Shown: piece by piece, positions 13,411 to 26,815 of the stretch | How positions within the stretch are numbered: position 1 is the first letter of the stretch | Layout of the letters: every line of letters starts with the position of its first letter | Assembly (NCBI RefSeq): GCF_036321535.1 | Contig: NC_087437.1 | Span: 67,210,001 to 67,274,000 of the forward strand | DNA length: 64,000 nt | Reading direction: 5' to 3' | Source: Camelus dromedarius | Lineage: Eukaryota | Notes under the pieces: generated by a model | Databases searched by the model: none | What the model saw: the letters and a program-made list of their open reading frames with translations, nothing else | What the model was told of the DNA's origin: nothing | Translations under genes and position numbers: made by a program

Positions 13411-13793
13411 TGGTGCCTATGGAGTGGACCGAAAATGCTGGCTCTGGGACATGCATCCAAACCTCAGAATCACTGTGTCTGAACACCCTTCACATCCAAC
13501 CAGTCAACACAGTCTGTTAAGTTTTCCTGTGTCATACCTTCTGCATTTATATTTTCTTTTCCATTCCTGGTTTTGCCACTTAGTTCCAGAGCTAGGAATT
13601 CATGTCTAAATTATATCCATCTCCTATTATGGTTTGCTCACTGAGAACTGCTGTTCCTCTGCCCCTCAATTCCCCCACCACTAGCAAGTTCTCAAGGGTC
13701 TGAGTGACTTGTCCCCACTCCAAGATCTTTGTCAGCAATGCTGAGACGGGCTTCTAGGAGGACAAAGCAGTCTGAATTGTGTGTCTTTAAAGG

Positions 13794-13950
13794 GCCATGG
13801 TTCCAAACTTGAATAAACTCTGTTATCTGGGGCACTTTGAAAATTTACAGATTCCTAGGCTCCATGCCTAGAGGTGTTGATTTAGCAGTTCTCTGGTGGC
13901 TCCCTGGAATCTGTATTTTATGAAGCTCAGATTTCTAAGGATCCAGTGGG
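13794..13950. mobile_element. MER5-type MITE
   Basis: CCATGGTTCCAAACTT..CAGATTCCTAGGCTCCA..GGAATCTGTATTTTA. Confidence 0.6.
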
Positions 13951-15689
13951 GTTGATTTGCTCCGAGGTGCCACTTACCTGCATTTCCCTTTGTACTAAAG
14001 AGGACAGTCAGCTTCTGGGTCTAGTCCCTGTCTTCTCTGAGTGCTCTTCTTCCTCTAACTACTAGCCTCTGTCACTGAAATCTTTATTCTACTTTAAAGC
14101 CTTCTGTTTTGTAGTTTTTCTTCCCACTGGGGAGCCTCGGATGTCTTCTCAGCAGGCGTAGCCACCTGTGTAGGGACGTGCCATGCCACGGAGGGCTGCT
14201 CCCTGGATGGCTGAGTGACAGTGAGGATTTCCTGAGATTTGTTATAAAACACACCCTGTATTTGCAAAGATGAGGTGTTGGCTAGAGTCAGAGAGAAAAG
14301 TCAGCAGCAAGAAAATAATCTGTTTGAGAATGCAGCCTTGATTCATGTATCTACCCATTAGATTTGCTTCCTTTTGGTCTTCAGATAAAAAAAGAAAAAC
14401 CTCAAGTAAACATGACTGTGGTGCATCTGTTTTAATGCTTCTAATCTTCTGACTACTAGAGCAAAAAATTAGTACCTTCCTTCCTCGGTAACAGTAAAAA
14501 CTTAGATACCAATGGAAGGGCGGATGAGGAACAGATGCAGTTTATCTCTGGGTGGGGGACTTGTGTGCGTATGTGTTTTCATGTATATCTGTGATTAGCA
14601 TCAATTTAATATATTTATAGAACTGTAGCAATAGATCACATTAGATACATGAAAAAAAATCAAAATTGGATCCCTGACCTAATATATGTAACTTTATAGG
14701 CATAAGTGCATTATCAGATACCCATGAGCCAAAGAAATAACATGAAGGGAAGTTTACTTGGTGTCCAAATACGGATTCATTACATTTTAATATTCCCTAA
14801 TATCTCCTCTTAGACCCACAGATCTTTTCAAATGTCCTTTAATTTCATGTATGTTCATGTATAGTCTGTATACTGACAAATGATTATTGAGCTAGGGCAG
14901 GTAGTAAGAGAACCCAGATTTGCATTCCCTAAAATTGAGTCACTGAAACCTGAATGAAGAGGAACACGGATGAATTGTAAATTTAAATGGTAGTGTGTGT
15001 ATATGTGTATGTGTGCTAGTTGGGGAGGGGGTAAAATTGGAAGGAGACGGGAGAATGCCTTACTTCCACTTACATCACGGGGAAAGATAAATCAACACAG
15101 AAGATTAAAAAATGTAAAAATGTTTTCCCAATCACTTCGCTTCCTTGTGGTGTCTGTCTTGTGGTGTCTTTGAATGTGTTTGGCAGCAGTGCGCCACATC
15201 AGGCCAGCTGTGCAGTCAAATCAGCAAATTGCTCCTGGGATTCAAAGGGCTCCTTTATTAATCTTCTCAAGCAGCTCTTTGGGAAGCTGGACGCTTCGTT
15301 TGGAATGTTCACTGTGTTTTTACCTTTCTTGAGGAGTTATTATAGTTTCTTTTGTTTTAAGGTTAACTAGGGTTTTCTTTATCCCCACAGTCGACAGTCA
15401 GCTTCTTCCTTACTTCCATGTCATTCAGAATGCCTTGTCCGACGGTAGACAGAGTCTGTAGGTTGTGCACTTCTGGGACAGCAGTCACTTTGGTGTGCTG
15501 AGGGGAAGACATTAATGCGGGATACATCGTGAGTGGTGCCCCTTGAAGTCATGCACCATGGTAGTAGACACTCAAAACGCAATTTTAAAAAAAGTTACTG
15601 AATAAGCAACAGTGATTGAGCAAATGACTTACTTTCCATTTTTCAGAGAGTTTAGTCTAGTTTATGTTGAATCCAGAGAAGATAGAAAT

Positions 15690-15925
15690 ATATAGACTCT
15701 GGATTGAGAGAGACTTGAATTCAATCCTGGCTCCTTCATTTAATTACTGTGTGATTTGGGCAAGTTACTTAAATTCCTTGACTCTCAATTTGCCTGTCTG
15801 TAAAATAGGTAGAGTAATACCTACCTTGTAGAGTTACAAAGAGAATTCTATGTCTTATATATACATATAATATATATAAAGCACCCAATACAGTCCCTGG
15901 CATAGAGTAGACACTGAATATTAAT
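15690..15925 (+). mobile_element. MIR SINE
   Basis: Core TTCAATCCTGGCTCC..TGTGTGATTTGGGCAAGTTACTTAA..CTGTAAAATAGG. Confidence 0.85.
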
Positions 15926-16934
15926 AATGATAACCATGGTTCTGTGGTTTTCAGTCCAACATTAGTTATATTCTTAGCTGTGAGTGGAGAAAGTAGGGCG
16001 TGAACATGGACTGAGCTAAAACCTGTATCAACTAAAGGCAGGGCTTGTGTCCCTTATTCATATGTGTAGCTCCTTGTCTGTTCCTATCATCGGGTGAACA
16101 TTGCATGCATTATTGTATAAGTTACTATTATGAGTTTGCAACATACTTTGTTGAAGCATAAAAAAATTAGTGTAGAGTTACTGGTTCAACATTGGGCAGT
16201 GTGAAGGATGTGCATTTTATCATACATCAGCTTTGCCCTGTGGTAATAGACCAAGTAGAAAGAATTCATAATGGGATTCTGATATTAAATCGTGGATACC
16301 CCACATAAGCATGGCCTAGAGAACAGCCCTGTTCTGGCCAGTTCAGATTCCTCCTCCAGATTTTGCTGCTCCTCTACCATGTTCCACTTTTTTTTTTTTT
16401 TTCCTACTGTAATAAATTACTTACCAAGCCTGCTACCTGCCCTGCAGAGTTGATCAAATCTATTCCTTTCTATTATTATTGCCTCCTTTTTGCCGCTTTT
16501 TTCATTATTTGTGCCTTTGCTCTTTCCATGCATTTATTAACTGAATTAGCACTTTGCCAATGTTTGTTCACATTTAATGAGGTATTGGTATTTTGACGGC
16601 AGAACTGAAGAAGGGAGACCCATGGGTGAGAATTCTATTGAACTTTACTGTATTTTATTTCCTAAGATGTGCAATTCACAAAGTCATAATCCTTTGTGCA
16701 GCGCAAAGTGATACGTGTCCCTACAGTATCTGAAATTTTTATGGCTGAAAAGATAACAGTTAAGAAAAGTTCCTCAGACAAACTGTCTCCTAAAGAATTC
16801 AAATTTATTTAGTAGAAAAAGAAAAAAATCCTGTCAGTTGCCAAACACATCAAGTATATTAAAAATAATTATTAGAAATTCAAAATCAAATTGGACTATG
16901 CCTCAGAATTAATTTGATTAAATAATCTTAATTA

Positions 16935-17330
16935 AGTTCTTTTGGTGCAAATAACAGAAACCTACCCAAACTGGCTGGAGCAGAAAGGTGGAGTTTATTA
17001 TAAGGACACATGGGTGTCTCTGAGTTTTCAAGGGCAGAAAACAGGACTGCAGCCTGGAACTAGGAATCTGTCAGAACCTTGGCACAGGCACATTTTAAAC
17101 CTCCAGCTCTCCCGTCTGCTGTGTTTCTCTCTCGCTCTGTTGTTATTTTTTGTTTCTTTCTGCCTGCTGAAGTTGGCTGTGCCCTGAGGGCAAACTCAGC
17201 TCCTGGGTTCAGGTGAAGAGCTCAGGCTCCCTAGCATATCTGAATCCTGAGTTCAGATTCCTTGGAGAAGGAATGTGATTGGTCACGGGTGTAGGAATCC
17301 TACAGTGAATTCACTGTTGCCTAGAGATCA
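16935..17330 (-). mobile_element. Old MaLR LTR (MLT1K/L-like)
   Basis: GGTGCAAATAACAGAAACCTACCCAAACTGGCT..GTTTATTATAAGG..GAATGTGATTGGTC. Confidence 0.55.
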
Positions 17331-19688
17331 GAGCCAGGGTTGGGTGGGGTGAGGGAGAGAAGTTCTCAGTGAAGTTCCTTCACAGGACCAGCATTGTCTA
17401 TTGACACACTCTGTCTTGCTTGATCCTTCTCCAGTGCCCATAGAAAGTCAGTTTAATATGGGCGCAAAACAGTTGTAGCTGAAGTTTTTTGTGACATTTG
17501 CCTACTGTTAAAAGGCTGAATCTACACATACACATGCCGAAGTGGCCTATTACAGAAGCTGTCTGCAGAATTGAAGCTTTCATAGTTTTTAGCTGGAAAA
17601 AGTAGGAAATTATGGAGAGGCTGCGTGTGTCTGATTTTATATGTTATTTTGCTTTCTTTCTTTGAGTTAGATTAGACTGTGTTGAATCCTCATTATAAGC
17701 TCATTACAGTGGTAGCCTTGATTTAATCACTCAAAAATGTTTATTTCATTGATAGTTTCCTTTTCTCATCTTTATCTCCACCTTTGTTCCATTTTCTCCC
17801 CTATTTCACCCTTATCCTGTTCCTTCTTTCTTCCCCTCTTTTTCCGCACTCTCTGCTGAGGAATGAGAATGCCTGCGTGGGTGCTGTCACAGGGGGGAGA
17901 GAAGAAAAACTGAGCAATGACAAGTTTGAAAGTAGCAAAATCATTTTAGGAACTCACTGTCTTGGGAGGATACATATTGATGTGTAACTTATACACAAAT
18001 GCAAATCGTCATGTAAATTGAGTGTGTATTTTAGTTCTTGGAAAATGACTGCCCACACGTTGCTGTGCCTGGGCTTCAGGCGGCTGCCTTGGAGTCACTC
18101 AGAGTCAGAATTAAGAGGATGTGGTGTAACTCATGATAAATGTATGGCCTTTATGTTTTCATACAATGACCAAGGCATGTGAAGGGAATGAAAGGGGAGT
18201 AGAGAGAATAAATGGGAGGGAAAGATGAGCAAGGAGACACTGGGGGAGGCAGGGAGGGCGAGCAAGGGAAGGAGAAGGGGGCCTGAGCAGGTGGTGGGGC
18301 TGGGTGCTGAGCTAGGCAGGATTGGGGCAGCTGCTTGGAGGACGCTAACTCACATGGAAGAAGGGCTGCTCCTGGCACATCCAGGGTCTGTGAGATTTAG
18401 GAAAAGATACCCCCTTGCAGGTGCGTGACTGTAGAGGAGCGCTGTCCTCAACTGGGCTGGGCACATCTGTGCAGGACACAGTTACGTGACGTTGTGCAGC
18501 ATCCCTGAGGGTCAGAGACAAATTAGGACCCCTGGTGCAGGGGCTGTGTGGGTCAGAGGTTCGCTTTGGGATATTATTGCTCCGGGACCCTGGAGCAGGG
18601 AGAGTCAATGGGAGACTAATCAGAGGAGACAAGGGTTCGTGTGTGGGCCACGCCTCTGAATGAAGGTGGTACCAAGCACGTATGGTTCTTGGCAGGAGGT
18701 GGCCTTGGGGTGGGGATGGTCACAGGCACTCATTGCATTACCTACTGTTGGGTGACAAACTCTGACTGCTAGGAGAGAACCTCTTGGCTCCATTTCATCC
18801 CTAGGTGGAGGAGGAAGAGCCCTTAGATGGCCAAGACCAGCTCAGTGGAAGGCCCTGATTCAGTTCGTAGGTGGTAGAGGTGGCATTTAGGCTTATCTGG
18901 CTGCAAAGCCCACATGCTGGATGTCCTGCCTTAGCGTCTGTATGTCCTGCCCTTCCTAAGGGCTATGCTGAGGACCTCCAGTTTCCAGCTGATAGGCTCA
19001 CGACTATTAACAAACGCACATCTCCTCTTCGAGAGCAGCCTCGATGAAGTAGGGAAGCTGTTGCAGCAAACATTAGGACATGTAAGTTGTCACAGAAGAT
19101 GTAGACTCCTTGAATCTGGCCTTCAGATTTTCTGAAGCAAAAATTGTGTGTGACACATGGTCTAGGAAAAGAATTTTGTGCTGCTTCATGTTGTGAGATT
19201 GGACTGGGAGACAGAGATAGGGGATGAAATATTCAAACTTTAGGGACTTAGCGAGTGTTTGAAATGAAGATTGTCCTGGTAAATTCTGGATGTAAGATCA
19301 TGCTACCTAGGGAAACCCACATAGTGATATACCATGTCTACCAAGTCCTACAGAACAACCAAGGTTGTATTTAGAATGAGTAGCATATTTGTGCCCTAAC
19401 ATACATGGTGGGGAACTGCCTCAAACAATTGTGGTAAGACAGTGACTAAAGAGTATACAAAGGCCTGGCAGTGAGAAGGATTAGTAAGCAGAGAGACCCT
19501 GGAGGGACCAATTAGGGCGAAGAGTTGTAAGAAAGACAGGAAGCAACTCAATGGTAAGAACAGAAAAAGGCATAAAGGGAAAAAACAAAATGTTGAACTG
19601 TACATAAAAGAATTAAGTTATCTTTCCTGCTGATAATACAAGAGAGGGCTTTTGTGAATGACATGTGCTGGCTTGAAATTTAGTTCTT

Positions 19689-20123
19689 TTTTTATTCAAT
19701 ATTTTTGTTGACGTATAGTCAGTTTACAATGTTGTGTCAGTTTCTGGTGTACAGCACAGTACTTCAGTCATACAGGAACACACATATATTCATTTTCATA
19801 TTCTTTTTCACTTTAAGTTACTACAAGATATTGAATATAGTTCCCTGTGCTACACAGTATAAACTTGTTTATCTATTTTATATATATTAGTTAGTATCTC
19901 AAATCTCGAACTCCCAATTTATCCCTTCCCACCGCCTTTCCCCCTTGTAACCAATAAGTTTGTTTTCTATGTCTGTGAGTCTGTTTCTGTTTTGTAAATA
20001 AGTTTGTTTGTCTTTTTTTTTTTTTTAAGTTTCCACATGTAAGTGATGTCATATGGTATTTTTCTTTCTCTTTCTGGCTTCCTTCACTTAGATGACATTC
20101 TCCAGGTCATGGATGGACCTGGA
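19689..20123 (-). mobile_element. 5'-truncated L1 (camelid-type 3' UTR) with a terminal micro-inversion
   Basis: GTATAGTCAGTTTACAATGTTGTGTC..AATATAGTTCCCTGTGCTA. Degenerate 14-bp TSD GAAATTTA(G/A)TT(C/G)TT at 19675-19688 and 20124-20137. Confidence 0.9.
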
Positions 20124-20519
20124 GAAATTTAATTGTTGAAGGTTCAGTGTTCTCTCTCATCTCTGTACTTTACATTCATGGCTTCTTCTACCCAATACCG
20201 ATTCCATCCATGTCTTTCTGCAGAACGTCTGTTCCCTTCGAAGGCCTGGTTTGCACATCTTCTCCTCCATGAAGCCTTTATTTATTTGCCTCCTTCAACT
20301 CCCACCACAGCAAAGTGGATCACACAGTAGTTTAACAACAAATGTTTGTTGTGCGTCTAAGGTAAGTAGGGCCCGTGCTTGGCACTGACTGTAAAACAGC
20401 AAACAAACACACGAAGTTTCTGCTCTTGTGAAGTTTTCCCCACTTGGTGCCACTGCTGAGCACCCCCGCTTTTAATAAACATGCTATTATTATTTATAAA
20501 ACTCATACATTGTTTTGAA

Positions 20520-20665
20520 ATTACTTAGTTATGTGTCTCGGTCCCCTACAAGATGTGAATCCTTGAGGGCAAGCACTATGTCTTACTCAGATTTTTATCC
20601 TCAGTACCTACCAGAGTGTCTGGAATCTAACAGTAACTGTATGTGCATATTTGTAATGAATGAAC
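20520..20665 (+). mobile_element. L2 3' end
   Basis: CCTTGAGGGCAAGCACTATGTCTT..CAGTACCTACCAGAGTGTCTGG..AATGAATGAA. Confidence 0.7.
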
Positions 20666-21199
20666 GTTCTTCGTATTTTTACCTTTTATAAATTTGCCGA
20701 CTTTGACCATATTCTCATTCCTCCTTCATCTTCCAGTACTTACATTTTCATAAAGAAGAGTCTCCCAAGGGTAATTGTTTAGTCTCTTCTACAGACTTTT
20801 TTGAGAGCTAATAGCTATCTTGAAGAGATCAACCCAAACTGGGGCAGAATGATTGTGGTTGGTGGCATTAAATTGAGCTTGTTTTATTTCACATGGCCAT
20901 TATCTGAAACCTCAGATTTACAAAAATATGCATTACTGAGAACTGTTGAATTTTTCATCAAAGGATTCTTTTATCTGGTAAGTTCTTCTAGTACATTTGA
21001 AATATAATTCCATTTACAGAATGCTGATTTACAAATAGCTTTATCAGCAATATAGCTATTGTTTGAAATATACAATAGCAATATACGGGTGCAGGATGAA
21101 TGATAAGTTAATTAAGAACAGGGAACAGAAAACTTTAATCAGTAGACATCACAAATAAAATGTACTTCAAACTAACACTATGGCTGGGCAATGGTAGGG

Positions 21200-21520
21200 A
21201 GAGGGATGGATGAAAGGGATGGGCACATGCACTGAGGGGCTGGGAGGAAGAGGTGCAAAAGGAGAAAGCAAGGATGAAGAAAGGGATAACAGGAAGTGGG
21301 AGAAGGGGAGAGAAAGAGGGAAGGAGGGGTGTAAAACAGAGGCATGAAGGGAGAGAGAAGGAAAATCGAGACAGTAGGACTAGAGCCGTCCCAGGAAGCT
21401 CCACCAGAGAGGTGAGGGGCATAGAGAGGTGGAGGCACTGATGCTGAGGTAAAAAGAACTGAAGCAGACAGAAGGAAAGGCAGAGGGAAGGACAGAGGCA
21501 AAAGGAGAACACGGGGAGGG
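21200..21520. repeat. GA-rich low-complexity tract
   Basis: Strong purine skew on the + strand; it produces the spurious ORFs at 21135-21616. Confidence 0.7.
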
Positions 21521-22852
21521 CCAAGTGCGTGTCCACTCGTTAAACAATGCTCTACACTTGTTAGTCATCTTGGAACTAGTATGGGGCTGGTGGGCTGAAT
21601 GAGCTACTTCAGCCATTCATCCCTTTCATAGACATTTATGGAACACAGACCAAAGGCTGAGCCCTCCTCCCGGTGTGAGGACAGAGTGGTTCACACAAGA
21701 AGATCCCTGCCCTCTCAGAGATCAGGTTGAGGACTGGCGACATCACTGCTCCCTGGCTCCCCCTTGGCGACAGCAGTAGGGTTTGGGTCTGCATTCACAG
21801 TAGCGTGTGTTGTCTTCCACCATCTTTTATTCTGTAGGTCTCCCCTGGAGTTACCTTCAAGGCCCTTTGAAACCCTCAGTATCTGTGACACTCCTCTCTT
21901 GGGCTGGGCCCTTTAGATTCACAATGAACCCAGAAGAACAAATGCACCTTTGCAGTCACCAAATGCAACATCTCTTTATGTGGTGCTGTTTCCACTTCCA
22001 AGATTTATGTCTGAGCATGTGTATATGTGCACATATGTACACTGTGGTGCACATACAGATTGTCCCTTGAGGCCACACCTTTTCTTGCCTACTCTTCTGT
22101 GCTTCCTCTCTCTGTAAGAAGACTGCTGAGAACACTCAACTTTTGTTGAATACTCCTCCACTCCTCCCCACTTGCATCCTGGGAGGTTGTAATAGTCTTG
22201 GTGGGGATACCAATTAAGTGGACCAGTGCCAAAGTTTGGTCGCTGGGCCAGGGCTTGGTTAGGCATGAGAGTTACCCCGAATTGACATAGTTAGATGGAC
22301 CCAGAGAGGGACCTTACTGAATGAAGGAGGACTAAAGCTAACCAGGAGGATAAATCTATCATTAAGTCTGAAGAAAGACGGTAGGGCTAGGAAAAAGGAA
22401 ATGAAGTTGGAGTCAGGAGCTGGGAAAATGCAGGGAAAGGCTGAAGATGGAACAAAGAGAGAGTATAGGAACTCTTTTGAGGGGACTGGGAAGCTTTGGG
22501 TTTCTTCTTAATGGTTGCTGGTAGCGTGGGTCACTGGACAACCTGCACGGATGAAAGACACAGCGTCAGACACAGACAGTTCCAAGTGGGTATGTGGAGA
22601 TCTCCATGTGATAAGATGATAGAAGAATTACTATCACGTGGACCAAGCGAGACGCTTGGGGTGTAACCTGGAAGCAGCGCTGCTCCCTGCCCTGCCCATT
22701 AATTCCCATGCTGTGGGGCTGGTTGTGGCCTTCCAAGGGGTGGAGGGTGTGGTCAGCGCTTTTCCTTCTTCTTCCCACCTGGGAATTTAGCCCATCCTCC
22801 TTCATCTTGTAAGCATGGTTTCCACTTTCATGGAGGAGGGTGTGTAGGGTAG

Positions 22853-23220
22853 GATATTAATTTTCTGTTGTTGTGAAGCGAATTGCTACACGTTTAGTGG
22901 CTGAACGTAGCATGCATTCATGATCTCCTGTGTGTCAGGAGTGCAGGCACAGCTCGGTCCTTTGTGCAGAGTCTCTCAAGGCTGCAGTCTAGCTGCTGGG
23001 CTGGGTTCTCATCCTCTTCTTTGTAGAACCTGTTGTGGCTTTCTTCTTCTTCAAGGGCAGCAGGAGAGAGTGTCTGACCTCTAGATGCTCTTTACAGGGC
23101 TCACCTGATTAGGCCAGGCCAACCCAGGAGAGGCTCCCTTTGGATTACTTAAAGTCAGCTGACTGGGGGCTTTAATCACATTTACAGAATCCCTTCACCT
23201 TTGCCATATTCTGTTGATTA
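22853..23220 (-). mobile_element. MLT1 (E/F-like) MaLR solo LTR with distal end replaced
   Basis: TTTAGTGGCT, CAAGGCTGCAGTC, GGGCTCACCTGATTAGGCCAGGCC, CCCTTCACCTTTGCCATATTCTGTTGATTA. Confidence 0.8.
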
Positions 23221-25801
23221 TATATATAAATATATAAAAAGAAGCTCTCTTTTCTTGTGTTATGCGAGGCCAGCCACAAGCAGAGAGAAAATTTCCCACT
23301 TGATAGATACTGTTATAAGCTAGTGTCCGTACTTTTGGGGCTTGACAAGGGTTTGCGGCTGACTCTGGCTCATTAGCCATCTTGATAAATTTTTTGGGAA
23401 GTGCCCCCGATATCCTTTTCTGCCCCCACTGTCATAGGGGTTCTTTCCCCTGTGGGTCCCCTGACACATCTGAGTGCATTTGTATTCCAGCTCGGGCCCC
23501 TGGCCTGCAGCTGGCCACCTGCCTGGCCTCTCTTGGCTGAGGTCTCTTAGCCCTGTCGGGGGCTCTTGTTCAGGACCCAAGACGATTCCATGCAGGCTTA
23601 GTAGTAGCTCACACCCGGCTCACCAGAAACACTCACACACACATTTCCCTCACAAATACCAGAAGTGCTGGGGCCTCCGTGTGAGAAGCTCTCTTTTCTT
23701 GTGTTATGCGAGGCCAGCCGTAACTTCGCTTACCTTTTGGAATTCACAGGCATGAGTTACTCACCATCACTATGCCCACCCAGCTGCAGAGAGAACATGT
23801 TAAATTCTCTGAGAGCTTCTGGTTAAGCACCTTTCCCTGGCTTGATGTGAGGAGATGGCGTCAGCCTCCCTGGGGTAGATATTCCTGATCAAACCACTCT
23901 TCTAATTTCCAACTCTCTATCCTTTTGTTTCCATTTTTTTTTTTTTTTTTAAATCTCAGATTCAGAAGTGGGCACAGCATCAGCCGAAGGCAGGCAGACT
24001 AGGATTCCGTAACCAAGTAAGTGGCTGGTCTGTTTGCAACAAGGACGGACATTTAGAGACCAGAGAACACAGGGCCATCACGTTGAGAACAAGCAGCATA
24101 AAGTAAAGGCATGTAGAAGGATGCAGCTGTTGCCAGTGGGGCCCAGGGAAGGGCTACAGGTTTAGGAAAGCAGTCCAGAGCCTGGGAACCATGGGCGAAG
24201 GAGGGCCAGTGAGGCAGCTGATGGTATGAAGATGACCTTTGTTCCCAGACAAAATCTGTCCTGACTAGATGCACACGTGAAGTGACTGGTGAAAGTGGAA
24301 AACTAGTAAGAATCATCAGTGATCAATGTGTGCCTTTGTACGTGTAGGGCTTCAAAATTGTAACTAATAATTTTTTAAATTATAGTAATAAAAGCATAGT
24401 AATAAAAGTTATATGTTAATTACTATAGGCGATAGATAAGCTTTCAAAGAGTTTATGGGGTAAGATAAATATATAAAAACATAATAAAGATCAAATATAC
24501 TTGTTAAGAACCCTCTATCCTGTTTCCATGTTAATATTTAGTCTAAGGTTAAACATATTATTAATCATAAGGCAAGTGTTCACCAGGCCACCTACCTACT
24601 CGACACAAGAAACTATTTTTTTTCTTCATCGATAGACTATTTTTTAGGGTAGTTTTAGGTTTGCAGAAAAATTGAGGAGAAAATACAGGGTCCCCATGTA
24701 CTCCCAGTAACTACTTTTTTCTGATTTTTAGTTGTTCTGATGCTCACTCTTATAATCTTAGATTATCACTAATATTTCCTTTTCTCGATTTATTACTGTT
24801 GGATGTTTGCTGATTTCCTGACATGAATGACATGGTATTTATTTCACTTACATTTTTTTTTTCCTTCTCTCTCTTCCCCTTTTCCTCTCCTCAGTTTTTG
24901 TTACATTAGTATTTTTTCATTTGCATTTGTATTTTATTCTGTGGTGACATTTTTTCTTGCTTTGAATAAGTGTTTATTAGAAAAATTAACCCTCCGGACA
25001 GTGTTTGTAAGTGCTCTGGTCATGCATAGATTATCCATTGTCACACCAAGCTTGATGTCTGGACATAGAGAAGGCAGTATCACCGGTGCTCAAAAGAGGA
25101 TAGCCCAAGTGTCAAGATCCGCTGGTTTACTGTTTAGTTTCTTTTCAACTCTCTTCATTTCTTCTAAGTCATATTCAGCTGCCCCAGGTTGTTATGCCTT
25201 ATATTGTCTTTATGTATCTCTTTTAAATTTTGTTGGAATAGCTTTTAGCATAATTTTTTTTTCACATGGGGCGTGTGAATTTTCTGAATCCTCAGTGTTG
25301 AAAATGCCTTTATTTTCCCCACACATCTGATTGCTGCTTTGAATATGTATGGGATTCTGGCCTCAAACATCATTTTTTTTTTTTAAACGTTGAAGATATT
25401 TGATTGTGTTCTAGCACTCAGGCTTGTTGATGAGAAAGAATGTGATACTTTAATCACTAAAGGAGTTATTCTTCTTAAAGTGCCTAGAAAATGCCCTGGG
25501 ATGTAATAAGTGCTATATAAGTGGCTGATAAATAAAACACTGAAAATACTATTTAATCCTTCTTTTATAAGTGATTATTGTCTCTTGGCAAACTTTTAAG
25601 AGTTTTTTTCTTCATCCTTGAGATTCTGAAATTTATCAAGCTCTACTGCTAATCCTACTTGGTATTTGGTAGAAATTTTTCATCTGAAGATTCTTGCCTG
25701 TCTCAAGCTTCGGGAGACTTTGTTTCGTTATATTTTATTTACCTACATCCATTGCATCAGTTTTCTCCTTCTGGAAGTTTCATTAAATAGATGTTTGACT
25801 T

Positions 25802-26315
25802 TTTTTATCCTTTTTTTAAAATTGAAGTATAGTCAGTTTACAATGTTGTGTCAATTTCTGGTGTACAGCATAATGTTTCAGTCATACATATAAATAAATA
25901 CATATATTCCTTTTCATATTCTTTTTCATTATAGGTTACTACAAGATATTGGATATTGAATATAGTTCCCTGTGCTATACAGTATGACCTTGTTGTTTAT
26001 TTTATATGTGATAGTTAGTACCTGCAAATCTCGAATTCCCAATTTATCCCTTCCCACCGCCTTCCCTCGCAGTAACCATAAGTTTGTTTCCTATGTCAGT
26101 GAGTCTGTTTCTGTTTTGTAAATAAGTTCATGTCTTTTTTTTTTAGATTCCACATATGAGTGATATCATATGGTATTTTTCTTTTTCTGGCTTACTTTGC
26201 TTAGAATGACATTTTCCAGGTCCATCCATGTTGCTGCAAACGGCATTATTTTACTGTTTTTAATCGCTGAGTAGTGTTCCATTGTATAAATATACCACAG
26301 CTTCTTTATCCAGTC
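25802..26315 (-). mobile_element. 5'-truncated L1 (camelid-type)
   Basis: TTGAAGTATAGTCAGTTTACAATG..TCCAGGTCCATCCATGTTGCTGCAAA..TTTATCCAGTC. Degenerate TSD TAGATGTTTGACTT / TAGACGTTGAACTT. Confidence 0.9.
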
Positions 26316-26815
26316 TAGACGTTGAACTTCTTGACTCACCCTCCATGTTACTTAACTTTTCCTTCCACATTTTCCATTTTTGGGGTCCTTTTTCTTCATC
26401 TTTTGGATCAACATCTGTCTTGTTTTATAGAAATGAAACCCTTTCTACTATCACAGAGCACACTAATCAGATCTTTTTAAAGTTATCATGTGCTCCCTGG
26501 AATACCTATTTCTTATTGAGTCAGTTATGTGATTTAGTCACTGTGTTGGAGCTGCATTCTCTCTAGGTTTCACTCAGATGTCTAGTGAGTCCTAGTTACT
26601 GGTTAAGACACACGGTGAAGGGCTAGATTAATCAGATGAATTAGTGTATATTCCTGATGTGGCTTTCTCTGTGGTTGTGCTAGTGTCTGTCAACAGGACC
26701 TTCTCTTGTGGAAGGGGAGTGTGTGAGTGGGTGGACCAGGTGCTGGGCACCTTGGGGTGAAGCAGGCACCTCATCTGCCAGTGCCACAGCAACTGAAGTC
26801 AGAAGGGAAGGCATT

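Noticed and set aside
13972..14010. Minus-strand perfect donor CAG|GTAAGT with a possible 17-nt microexon
   Set aside because: Longer exon versions have stops in all frames and there is no other support.
21135..21616. Overlapping ORFs of 62-133 aa
   Set aside because: Artefacts of the GA-rich low-complexity tract.
21770..22560. Possible old LTR-like element
   Set aside because: I could not identify termini or family motifs with any confidence.
23240..23719. 36-bp direct repeats as a CRISPR-like array or LTR pair
   Set aside because: Only two copies, a 408-bp spacer, mammalian context, no cas or retroviral sequence and no TG..CA termini.
24827..25330. 167-aa hydrophobic ORF
   Set aside because: F/L/S-rich translation of T-rich antisense L1-like sequence; no protein family recognised.
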